Shown: positions 56,701-64,000 of the stretch, piece by piece
Position numbering within the stretch: the first letter of the stretch is position 1
Layout of the letters: each line of letters starts with the position of its first letter
NCBI GenBank assembly: GCA_047517965.1
Contig: JAKZRU010000001.1
Coordinates: 39,714 to 103,713 of the forward strand
Direction of reading: 5' to 3'
DNA from: Gammaproteobacteria bacterium
GTDB taxonomy: Bacteria; Pseudomonadota; Gammaproteobacteria; Arenicellales; JAJDZL01
Length of the DNA: 64,000 nucleotides
Program-made: the position numbers and the translations under genes
Notes under the pieces: generated by a model
What the model was told of the DNA's origin: nothing
Database searches by the model: none
What the model saw: only the letters and a program-made list of their open reading frames with translations

Positions 56701-57869
56701 TCACAGACCGAGAATTTTCGGATATCGCCATATAAAATCGTTCCGACCGGGTCGCGCTCGACAATCTCTGCTCGACTACAATTGCTATGCGATGCAAGCC
56801 AAGCAGCAAGACCGCTCAAATTAGATACAATTCCTCCATCGTTTCCTGTCATAAGCGCCAAAACTCTTTGAAGCGGAAGCCCACCTTTATCGATCAGGGA
56901 GGCTAAATATCTCGCCGCCAAGAACTCAGCAATGTTTCGATGAGTTGGAACTACACAATCCTCAACCTTGAATAGTTTCGTATTAAGCGTGTGCCGAATC
57001 GATCTGAGTTTGAATTTTTTATCGGATATTTCTCGTACGTCTATCGCTTCATGGCTAATTTCGTGACCGGCAGGAGTGAATCCAGTTCGACCTGCTAGCA
57101 ACTGCACAGCACTAAGGAATCCAGCGATATCCATTAATTCGGCATCGCTTAAGTCTTGCGTTTCTGCGTCGTAGTAATTTTGGTTGCATTCACGAAGAAG
57201 CGTCTTACACGCCAGTTCGAATGTTTCTGTCCGACTTTCGGGCCAGGAATTTTTGTTCCCGACAATTTTCGCCAGCATCTCTAGGCTCTGAGGATTGGCA
57301 AGCAACGAATCAATTCCTATTGTTTTACTTTCTCCAATAAATTCTTCTATGTTTTGAATATTTATATTTTGCTTAAGAAATTCATGAATTCCATCATCCG
57401 ACAACGGTTCCAAGCGAAGTACTATCACCTTTGCATTGTCCAATATTCCTCTCTCAAGGCTTTCCTTGTAGTTTGTTCTAAACCACTCTATATCACGGCA
57501 GGACAGGCGAAATTGTTTACACTTCAGAGAGTAAAGATTCTTGCAAATCTTTCCAAACTGTGAACGTCCGCCACTCGTCCCCGTAGTTATTTCATCAAGC
57601 CCATCAATAAACAGCACTTTGTCTCGCCATTCAGGTTTATAACTAAAATCAATAAAGTCTCTTGCGGAAACAAAGCAATACTCTTCTGGGTTGGATTCAA
57701 CCTCATGCAGAAATGATGTGGATTTGCCCACTCCAGGTGCTCCTAGCAGTACATAAGCATCTACAATTCGATAGTCTTCCAGAGTGGCGGGAAGATTATT
57801 CGCCGCTCCTGAATTTCTTTCAGCACTAATTTCAATGCAAGTGCGCGGGACAAAAATCTTTGAATTCAT
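53799..57869 (-). CDS. NACHT-type STAND NTPase with C-terminal PD-(D/E)xK-like nuclease module
   Basis: The ATG at 57869 overlaps the upstream stop (ATGA); an alternative GTG lies at 57878. Walker A LLGAPGVGKST, Walker B VLFIDGLDE, and RLEPLSDDGIHEFL as in NACHT. About 1000 aa of unassigned, apparently helical sequence follows. The C-terminus reads HKEVEH...RSDMLISYDGYNVPVEVKKS. Confidence 0.7.
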   Translation of the reverse strand: MNSKIFVPRTCIEISAERNSGAANNLPATLEDYRIVDAYVLLGAPGVGKSTSFLHEVESNPEEYCFVSARDFIDFSYKPEWRDKVLFIDGLDEITTGTSGGRSQFGKICKNLYSLKCKQFRLSCRDIEWFRTNYKESLERGILDNAKVIVLRLEPLSDDGIHEFLKQNINIQNIEEFIGESKTIGIDSLLANPQSLEMLAKIVGNKNSWPESRTETFELACKTLLRECNQNYYDAETQDLSDAELMDIAGFLSAVQLLAGRTGFTPAGHEISHEAIDVREISDKKFKLRSIRHTLNTKLFKVEDCVVPTHRNIAEFLAARYLASLIDKGGLPLQRVLALMTGNDGGIVSNLSGLAAWLASHSNCSRAEIVERDPVGTILYGDIRKFSVCEKRLIFDSLHNESRKDPWSWTIFESNPAIGELVSVGMEQYFREFLQDRRRDDERQSFVKILLNSLKYGQEFPEQADLVMEIVRDEKWKSGIRHTALDVFIRYSNRFEPTGQLKKLLNDLYAGTVSDPDDELLGNVLCALYPDNLNSSEIWKYLFQPKEPVLFAKYFEFWYRHVVETSSGTQLISMLDSAEDVAFFGEGFDRLRPLWIRKIPIKLLSRILVSSTERITPDQLHRWLGLVSDIPDFQQDYEDVKRVRNWLTQNPEMQKELILVSMEQRPDSDDFRKLKRSIERRLFGAEAPVDFGSWCLEQAMTRNDRIQIKFFLEKALNSEVSQLVNFQVASHTIQESVYQEIQRERNSHLVEAEQHHAKETKRRSEFEKQEQTRQQDWHTGLMPYLTAMRGNRCPPNYLHHLALVYYGRYMDVQDDSPSLRIKWICNDDIELHDAVMQAFRSSIKRNDLPDVAEILKLESRKQNHYLALPYLAGLDEITKSAPPSEISLDEKQSRLSLAFYYTTADWVDPNHSGAKSPKWFSSLLSSSPDLVSDFIVHWARLKFRNKEIPDVLNKLALDQDYAEVASLVGLKLLNLFPVYCKNSQLGSLNCLLQASIQFCEKAQLLELIRRKIASKSITVAQKIYWLATGLIVEPEDFCGKLISYLKKDERRIRHFTEFAVNVDKSIWLSIQENSSVLEKLIKLIGSSYRPFEHSKSTDWISIAKFASNCIRGFIDQLASNSSQSAGESLQSLSEDLPDWQRYLTDAQHRQRIIRREAEFCSYSIEKVLETLSNNKPANSTDLAALAVDCIKNIGNDISNGNSSGWRDFWNFSGRNPERPRIENLCRDTLMGKLCTELRHLGISVHKEVEHTDDKRSDMLISYDGYNVPVEVKKSDSRDLWSAIQEHLIRKYTRDPNSNGYGILLVFWFGRDCCQNPDSGKLPNSADELRNRLLDALTSDEKRRISVCVIDVSIPQA

Positions 57870-59145
57870 TTGAACCACTCTGAAGCAGGAGTTGTAAAAA
57901 ACTCTGATAATCCAACTCCATTTTTACCAACGATTAATGTATTGGCACTCTGAAACTGACTTGAGAACTCGCTAAGACCACTAAGTTTCCCAAGTGAACT
58001 TGCACCGCTCTTAACCTCTACGGCGACAATTTTTTTGCCGCGCTCAAGTACGAAATCTACCTCGAATCCGCGATGCGCCAATAATGCACGCGTATCTCAG
58101 GAAATCCAGAATTAATTAAGTGTGCTCCAACTGCACTTTCAACCAAACGACCCCAATAGCTTCTATCCGATTTTGCCTCCTCGAATGTGTAACCGGAATA
58201 CGCGGACATGAATGCGGTGTTAAGCACGTTGAGTTTAGGGCTTGATGCCCTTCGATGGATAGTTCCTTGCGCATATTTTTGAATACCAATCATTAGTCCT
58301 GCGCTACCCAATAAATCCAAGTAGTGCGCCAAAGTTGTTGTATTCCCTGCATCTTGAAGTTGGCCAAGCATTTTGTTGTATGACAAAATCTGCCCAGAAT
58401 ATACGGCTCCGAGTTCGAAAAGCCGTTTCAAAATTATGGGTTTGTCTACTCGTTGAATAGCAAGAACATCACGTTCCAGATTGGGCTCGACAACTGCACT
58501 TCTAACATACTCCCGCCAACGGCTTTGATCGCCGATAAGTGACGCTGAACCCGGAATGCCCCCGAAATATAGGTAACGATCTAAATCGATATCGAATGCC
58601 ACTGACATTTCATCGAAAGACCAATGCGATAAGTAAATCGTTTCAAATCGCCCAAGTAAACTCTCATGTGTTCCTTTTCGCATCAACAGAGGCGCTGACC
58701 CCAACAGAACTACATGCAGTTGAACTCCACTATGTCGGTCTGCATCCCACAATCCTTTGACTGTTGTCGACCAATTCGGTATGAATTGAATTTCATCAAA
58801 TACGAGAACAAGTCCTTGTTTCGAACCTAGTGACTCAATTCGAGCCTGTTCCCAGCAACGTACTAGCCAGCGCTTATCTCTCGCGACACTACGCGAGGTG
58901 TACATATTGCTCGAAGTGGTGAAATTTTCATTTTCAATACTGAAGAAAGGCGGAGTAGCTTCTGCTTCAGGCTCGTCTACAGCAAAATAACGATATGGTT
59001 TATCAAGCCGTGTCAAAGCCTGTGTTACAAGTGTAGTCTTACCAGTTTGACGAGGGCCAGTGACAATAATTAAATGCGTTGGATCTTCGTTCAAACAAGC
59101 ACACAACGTTGAAATTTGCTCGCGTGAAAATTCTTTCATATTCAT
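57866..59145 (-). pseudogene. AAA ATPase of the AAA_14/DUF4143 type, interrupted by a -1 frameshift near 58075
   Basis: The 362-aa ORF (Walker A GPRQTGKTT, Walker B LVFDEIQ) ends ...IRVHYWRIADSR-stop. The overlapping 71-aa ORF continues in another frame as HRGFEVDFVLERGKKIVAVEVKSG, the expected DUF4143 C-terminus. Restoring one nucleotide after TGGCG joins them into about 430 aa. Confidence 0.7.
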
Positions 59146-59393
59146 TTAGTAACGGCAAAATTAACTCATTACCTGAAGAGAGAAATGCGTTGTCAGCTTT
59201 TTTCGATCAATTGGTTGCATTGAACGGATAAGATTCAACTGAGAAACACATGATTGTTCACTATCCCGGGATTTATACCCTGACTCTTATCTTTCCTCGT
59301 GACATTGTTTGCTCGAGACAAAGTTCATTGAGATACAGCAGGTGATATAAAATCCACGCTAGCATAGTTTTGTACTAGAGAGGGTGAAATAGG

Positions 59394-60209
59394 GTGACCT
59401 TGAGATTAACCGCAAAATTTACCGCATTCACAATATTGGGTGCTACACTGATGCTGTCGTCACTTGTGGCAAATGCAGATCAGGTTGCGGGAACAGTCGA
59501 TTTCAGGTACCGGATTCCGATTAATGCATTGTCAAAAGGAACGGTTGCTGCGGTTAATGTGAATGTCGCAGATTCAGTTGATACTGGAACGGTTCTGATC
59601 GAATTTGATCCGGCGCACCAAGCGGCTAGAGTGAGCGCAAGGCAGAGCCGGGTAGATCGCATGCAAATTGAGCTGGATAGCGTCTCTGCGAAATTTGAAC
59701 GACAACAGGAGTTGTTCGATCGAGGGTCATTATCTCTTCTGGCTTATGAAGAATCCGAGAATGAGGTGAGGACAGTTCGTGCCCAATTGGTTGAAGCACA
59801 GGCGAAACTTGATGCTGCAAAAATTCGACTTCAAAACACTAGACTGATCTCACCAATTGATGCGATCGTGCTGAAAAAAAATGTGCATCCCGGCATGAAC
59901 ATCCTCCCAGACGAGTCAATTCAGCCGCTCATGGTACTGGGGAGCGCTCAGGAGTATGTCATTCGTGTAACGGTACCCTATGAGCGACGAATTCTGATTG
60001 AAGCAGGAAATCGGTTTCAGGTTTTTGTAGATGCACCGAATAATCTACCTGAATTGAGTTTTATAGCGGGTTATCTAGCTGAAGTGGAATTTTCGACATT
60101 GGATCCGATAACTGCAAAAAACGGCATGCAATACCCTGTCAACCTCCATTTTCGCGAGGAATCGGCCTTAATCCTTCCGGGAACGCCCGCGTCAGTGATA
60201 TTTGATTAG
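59394..60209 (+). CDS. HlyD/RND-adaptor-family periplasmic protein (short, stand-alone)
   Basis: 271 aa, GTG start, signal peptide ending VANA. Biotinyl-lipoyl-like hairpin (GTVAAVNVNVADSVDTGTVLIEFD ... LISPIDAIVLKKNVHPG) flanks a coiled coil. Confidence 0.6.
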   Translation: MTLRLTAKFTAFTILGATLMLSSLVANADQVAGTVDFRYRIPINALSKGTVAAVNVNVADSVDTGTVLIEFDPAHQAARVSARQSRVDRMQIELDSVSAKFERQQELFDRGSLSLLAYEESENEVRTVRAQLVEAQAKLDAAKIRLQNTRLISPIDAIVLKKNVHPGMNILPDESIQPLMVLGSAQEYVIRVTVPYERRILIEAGNRFQVFVDAPNNLPELSFIAGYLAEVEFSTLDPITAKNGMQYPVNLHFREESALILPGTPASVIFD

Positions 60210-60303
60210 GCAATTGCAAATCTCAGTTCTTGCACCAATAATTCCTAAGTGCTCCAGCGGTATTCAGCACCTGCCGCAATACTAAATTCAAGATTCAAGG
60301 TAA

Positions 60304-61164
60304 GTGAGTAAAGCATTTGCCTGGATGACAGGCACACTATTCTGTTACACCGCTGTTGCGGTTGCCACCCGAGAAGTTTCTTATGATCTCGGCACACCTT
60401 CAATACTGTTCGTCCGTTCCATCGTAGCAGTACTGCTGACTACTTTCCTTGTTGGAATCTCCAAACGAGGATTTTCCCAGATACGCACACAATGCATTCG
60501 CCTGCACGCCATTCGAAACTGCGTCCACTTTGTGGGTCAGTTTGGATGGTTTTTCGCCATTGCTGCCATTCCACTTGCTCATGTCTTTGCACTTGAATTC
60601 ACTGTTCCGATCTGGATTGCACTACTGGCCCCAATTTTTCTGAAAGAAAAGCTAACGCTAGAAAGAATGACTTATATACTTATCGGATTTGCTGGCATAT
60701 TGATTATTGTTCGTCCCTTTGACCTGAACGTTGAGTTGGGTGCGATCGTAATGCTGATCGGCGCACTTGGTTTTGCTGGTGGAATGCTTTGCACAAGACA
60801 GCTGACGTTAACTGAAACGCCTTTGTGCATCTTGTTTTACATGGCGGTTCTGCAGTTGCCTCTGTCAGCCACATTGCTTATCAGTACTGGGACAATTCAG
60901 TTGCCAAGTCCTGAGAATCTTGCATTGATTGTGTTCATAACAGCAGGTGTGATGACTGCGCACTACTGTATGGCACGGGCATTTCAGCTTGCGGAAGTCA
61001 TAGCAGTCGTGTCGTTGGAATATTTGCGATTGCCAATGATTGCTATCGTAGGTGCGTTGCTTTACTCGGAAGCGATTGATGTCGCAACCGTGGTAGGCGG
61101 ATTGGCAATTCTAGTCGGAAATTACCTGAACGTGAGGATGTCATCGCGAAAACGCGATGGTTGA
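60304..61164 (+). CDS. EamA/DMT-family transporter
   Basis: 286 aa, about 10 hydrophobic segments in two similar halves. GTG start; the N-terminus is uncertain. Confidence 0.7.
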   Translation: MSKAFAWMTGTLFCYTAVAVATREVSYDLGTPSILFVRSIVAVLLTTFLVGISKRGFSQIRTQCIRLHAIRNCVHFVGQFGWFFAIAAIPLAHVFALEFTVPIWIALLAPIFLKEKLTLERMTYILIGFAGILIIVRPFDLNVELGAIVMLIGALGFAGGMLCTRQLTLTETPLCILFYMAVLQLPLSATLLISTGTIQLPSPENLALIVFITAGVMTAHYCMARAFQLAEVIAVVSLEYLRLPMIAIVGALLYSEAIDVATVVGGLAILVGNYLNVRMSSRKRDG

Positions 61165-61176
61165 AAGAAAGGAGTC

Positions 61177-61251
61177 TGGTGGGCGATACTGGGATTGAAC
61201 CAGTGGCCTCTGCCGTGTGAAGGCAGCGCTCTCCCGCTGAGCTAATCGCCC
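61177..61251 (-). tRNA. tRNA-Val (anticodon CAC), CCA encoded
   Basis: The reverse complement is GGGCGAT-TA-GCTC-AGCGGGA-GAGC-G-CTGCC-TTCACAC-GGCAG-AGGCC-ACTGG-TTCAATC-CCAGT-ATCGCCC-A-CCA. It folds by hand into a perfect cloverleaf, 75 nt. Confidence 0.95.
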
Positions 61252-61370
61252 GCGACAAATAATTATAGGGTATTATCAAGCACAGCCTTCCGACAGAAGG
61301 CTGTACTTTTGGCGAATTCGAAAAGAATTCGAGTTTCAGTATTAGTCACAATTCAATAATTAACACGAAT

Positions 61371-62075
61371 ATGAAGAACCAGATTCGCGCCATTATGTTT
61401 GATGTTTTTGGCACAGTGGTTGACTGGCGCAGCAGCATTGCCGATGAAGTACGGAAGATTCCCGAATTGGATTCTGTAAATGGAGAGTCATTTGCAGACC
61501 GATGGCGCGGTAAATATCAACCCGCCATGGAACGAATTCGGAATGGTACTCGACCTTGGGCTAAACTGGATATTCTTCACAAGGAAAATTTATGTGAATT
61601 GCTGGATGAACTCGGCATTGATTCATTGGATGAGGAGAAGAAGACGCATCTGAATCAGGTATGGCATCGATTGCAGCCATGGAAAGATTCTGTTGAAGGT
61701 TTACATAGACTAAAGAAAAAATACATCATTGCAACGCTTTCCAATGGCAATGTTTCATTGATTCTGAATATGGCAAAACATGCCAGCCTGCCTTGGGATA
61801 TGGTACTGGGCGCTGAAGTCGTACAGCATTACAAACCACAGCCGGAAGCTTACTTTAAATCCGCAGAAATGCTTGACCTTGAACCGAGACAGTGCATGCT
61901 GACGGCAGCGCACAACTCTGACCTCATTGCTGCAGCTCAATGTGGTTTTCGAACTGCTTTTGTTCCTCGACCGACAGAGTATGGTCCCAACCAAACTGTA
62001 GATATTGAAGCGGAAGATTCATTTGATTTTGTTGTAGAGAATTTCATTGATCTAGCAGAGCAACTTGGATGCTAA
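61371..62075 (+). CDS. HAD-superfamily hydrolase, type II haloacid dehalogenase-like
   Basis: 234 aa. Motif I MFDVFGTVVDW, TLSNGN, and the HYKPQPEAY lysine motif. Confidence 0.8.
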   Translation: MKNQIRAIMFDVFGTVVDWRSSIADEVRKIPELDSVNGESFADRWRGKYQPAMERIRNGTRPWAKLDILHKENLCELLDELGIDSLDEEKKTHLNQVWHRLQPWKDSVEGLHRLKKKYIIATLSNGNVSLILNMAKHASLPWDMVLGAEVVQHYKPQPEAYFKSAEMLDLEPRQCMLTAAHNSDLIAAAQCGFRTAFVPRPTEYGPNQTVDIEAEDSFDFVVENFIDLAEQLGC

Positions 62076-62142
62076 GGCATCTGGATCGCGTGGTGAGTGC
62101 AGCGATACTCAACCTTTCTTCTGCTTGAAATCGCTCCCTGAC

Positions 62143-63345
62143 ATGCGTATTCTCCCCAATGGGTTAGGCACAACCCTATTAATGCTGCTGACTATGGCGG
62201 TTGGCAGTTCTTCCATACTCGCGGTAGCTGTAAGTGCACCCGACTCTGCTCCCGATATTGGTGTCCGGGCCACCTATGTTGGACTCTTCACAGGATTTGT
62301 TTACTTCGTTTCCATGTTTACGGGAAGCTTCTGTACCGGTCTCATCGTCAGGTACGGACCAATACGGGTGTTGCAAGTATCCGCGTTATCTTCAATTCTG
62401 GGACTGGTTGTATTCACATTTGCTTCGCCGTTGGCCACTATCCTCTGTGCGGTACTGCTCGGCATCGCCTACGGCCCGATCAATCCTGCGAATGCACCAA
62501 TTCTGCTGAAGGTTACGCATTCTGGAAATCGGGCATTCATGTTTTCGATCAAGCAATCCGGCGTTACTGTTGGAGGAGCTGTTGCAGCACTGGTTGTACC
62601 GTTTGTCGCAGTTTGGTGGAACTGGCAAGCCGGAATACTTGCAATCACTCTGCTAGGCGTGGCATCGATTTGGATTCTGCAGCCGATGCGCGTCCGATTC
62701 GACAGTGTAAAAACTAGTGTTCCCATGCAATGGTCGCTGTCATCATTTATCGGCCCGGTGTTACAGGTTCTCAAAATTCCGCTGCTCAGAGGATTCTCAA
62801 TGGTCGGGTTTATCTACGCCGGCGTGCAAATCAGTGTCAGCAGTTTCTTCGTCGTTTATCTTGTCGAGCAGGGGTTTTCCCTGGTTGAGGCTGGAGTGTG
62901 TTTTCTGTTTGTGAATTTGGGCGGGATACTTGGCCGTGTTGCTTGGGGTGGATTGTCCGACAAATGGCTGACTCCGAAATATACGCTGACGGTAATTGGA
63001 ATCACCTCGGCAGTATCGTTAAGCGGAATGTTTTTGATATCCGACAGTTGGAATAATTTTTTTCTCTATGTGTTTTGTTTTGTTGTTGGCGCCAGTACAC
63101 ACGGTTGGAATGGAGTATTTCTTTCCGAAGTTGCGAATCAGGCACCGGAAGGTGAAGTACACAACTGGACTGGTGGAGTACAGTTTGTAATCTATGGAGG
63201 CGTGGCGCTAATGCCGCCAGTTTTTGGAGTGATTATCCTGGCAACCAATGGCTACACATTGCCATTCTTTCTGATCGCGATATCTGCTCTACTGGCGAGT
63301 TTTATGCTTCTATGGCTGTACAGGAGGTATTCCGATTTTCGCTGA
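62143..63345 (+). CDS. MFS transporter
   Basis: 400 aa from the internal ATG (MRILPNGLGTT), 12 predicted hydrophobic spans. The upstream part of the track ORF overlaps the HAD gene and is rejected. Confidence 0.75.
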   Translation: MRILPNGLGTTLLMLLTMAVGSSSILAVAVSAPDSAPDIGVRATYVGLFTGFVYFVSMFTGSFCTGLIVRYGPIRVLQVSALSSILGLVVFTFASPLATILCAVLLGIAYGPINPANAPILLKVTHSGNRAFMFSIKQSGVTVGGAVAALVVPFVAVWWNWQAGILAITLLGVASIWILQPMRVRFDSVKTSVPMQWSLSSFIGPVLQVLKIPLLRGFSMVGFIYAGVQISVSSFFVVYLVEQGFSLVEAGVCFLFVNLGGILGRVAWGGLSDKWLTPKYTLTVIGITSAVSLSGMFLISDSWNNFFLYVFCFVVGASTHGWNGVFLSEVANQAPEGEVHNWTGGVQFVIYGGVALMPPVFGVIILATNGYTLPFFLIAISALLASFMLLWLYRRYSDFR

Positions 63346-63393
63346 TTTCAGGCTTATTTCGGATTCTGAAATGTTGCCTGGCAACTAGCAATC

Positions 63394-64000
63394 TCAGCTG
63401 CCGTAATTGTTCGCATAAGGCAAAGATTGGTACAGCTTTGCTACTTTATCCATATTTTCAAGCAGAAGTGTAGTACTGTCCCACAAACCCTGCATCAATG
63501 TTTCCCTATGGTGTTGCTGCATATGACATTGGAATGACATTTCACCACCGGTAACTGTAGAAGATTCAAGATCCACAGTCCATATCACTTCAGAGTCATC
63601 CATAGAGAGCCGTTGAATTTCTTTCATGTCGTTTTCGGAAACTGTAACCGCAGGAATTCCGAGCGTGATACAGTTTGAGGCGAATATTTCTGCGAATGAT
63701 TCTCCAACAATTGCGTCGATTCCCCATCGCTTGAGGGCTTGAGGTGCGTGTTCTCGACTTGATCCACAACCAAAATTCTTGTTGACGAAAAGTGCCTTTG
63801 CGCCTTGACGGTCCGGATCATTGAACGGATGATTCTTCTTACTCATGTCATCGTGGAAGCGCTCGTCGTGAAACGGGTATTTGCCTAAATTCGAGAAGGT
63901 TATCTCCTTTAGAAATCGGGCAGGTATGATTCTATCGGTGTCAATGTCATCACCATTGATGACAATTCCTTTACCCGATACGGAAACTATCTTGCTATCC
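63394..64000 (-). CDS. leuD: 3-isopropylmalate dehydratase small subunit-like (aconitase-family swivel domain), 5' end outside the window
   Basis: The track ORF starts at MSKKNHPF, but the frame stays open to the window edge (…GKGIVINGDDIDTDRIIPARFLKEITFSNLGKYPFHDERF…). NFGCGSSREHAPQAL and ESFAEIF are LeuD blocks. Confidence 0.8.
   Translation of the reverse strand, partial: DSKIVSVSGKGIVINGDDIDTDRIIPARFLKEITFSNLGKYPFHDERFHDDMSKKNHPFNDPDRQGAKALFVNKNFGCGSSREHAPQALKRWGIDAIVGESFAEIFASNCITLGIPAVTVSENDMKEIQRLSMDDSEVIWTVDLESSTVTGGEMSFQCHMQQHHRETLMQGLWDSTTLLLENMDKVAKLYQSLPYANNYGS

Noticed and set aside
59146-61251. tRNA-Val as the integration site of a genomic island carrying the NACHT unit
   Set aside because: I found no integrase and no direct repeat of the tRNA 3' end by eye near 53.7 kb or 59.2 kb. 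Two ordinary-looking genes (an HlyD-like adaptor and EamA) separate the tRNA from the unit. It is mentioned only as weak context.
1-64000. CRISPR arrays, rRNA genes, IS elements/transposases, prophage genes
   Set aside because: None was seen. There are no short regularly spaced repeats, no rRNA-like conserved strings, and no transposase-, integrase- or phage-structural-like translations in the ORF track.

Overview
A densely coding 64-kb chromosomal segment from a moderately AT-rich bacterium with Gram-negative-type features (Sox periplasmic system, TolC-like OMP, Tat-signal binding proteins), probably marine. I count about 55 CDS and one tRNA-Val(CAC). I saw no rRNA, CRISPR array, transposase or integrase. 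Gene order, left to right: (1) a PotABCD-like ABC importer, an AraC-family regulator and a 1600-aa NAD-specific glutamate dehydrogenase. (2) A bacterial microcompartment (BMC) locus with a CoA-acylating aldehyde dehydrogenase, two tandem-BMC shell proteins, BMC-P, BMC-H and an unknown cargo-like protein. It faces a convergent operon (class-III PLP enzyme, APH-fold kinase, two secreted YHS-domain proteins) and a divergent SDR. This is the enzyme set of the aminoacetone / 1-amino-2-propanol (RMM-type) metabolosome. (3) A lipoate-ligase-like protein, a MUG-like glycosylase and a double thioredoxin-fold protein. (4) A stand-alone 2499-aa fully reducing type I PKS (KS-AT-DH-MT-ER-KR-ACP) preceded only by an ArsR regulator. 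(5) soxXYZA-(K-like)-B plus a thioredoxin, with no soxCD. (6) A methylated-amine block: gmaS-mgsABC, tmm, a Liv-type ABC transporter and tdm, interrupted by an RNA-ligase gene and a tandemly duplicated small-peptide/non-coding module. (7) A two-gene unit: a frameshifted DUF4143-type AAA ATPase plus a 1356-aa NACHT NTPase ending in a PD-(D/E)xK-like module. This is my best candidate for an undescribed defence-like system. (8) An HlyD-like adaptor, an EamA transporter, tRNA-Val, a haloacid-dehalogenase-type HAD, an MFS transporter and a partial leuD. All functional calls rest on motifs read from the translations and on recalled family knowledge. No database search was run.
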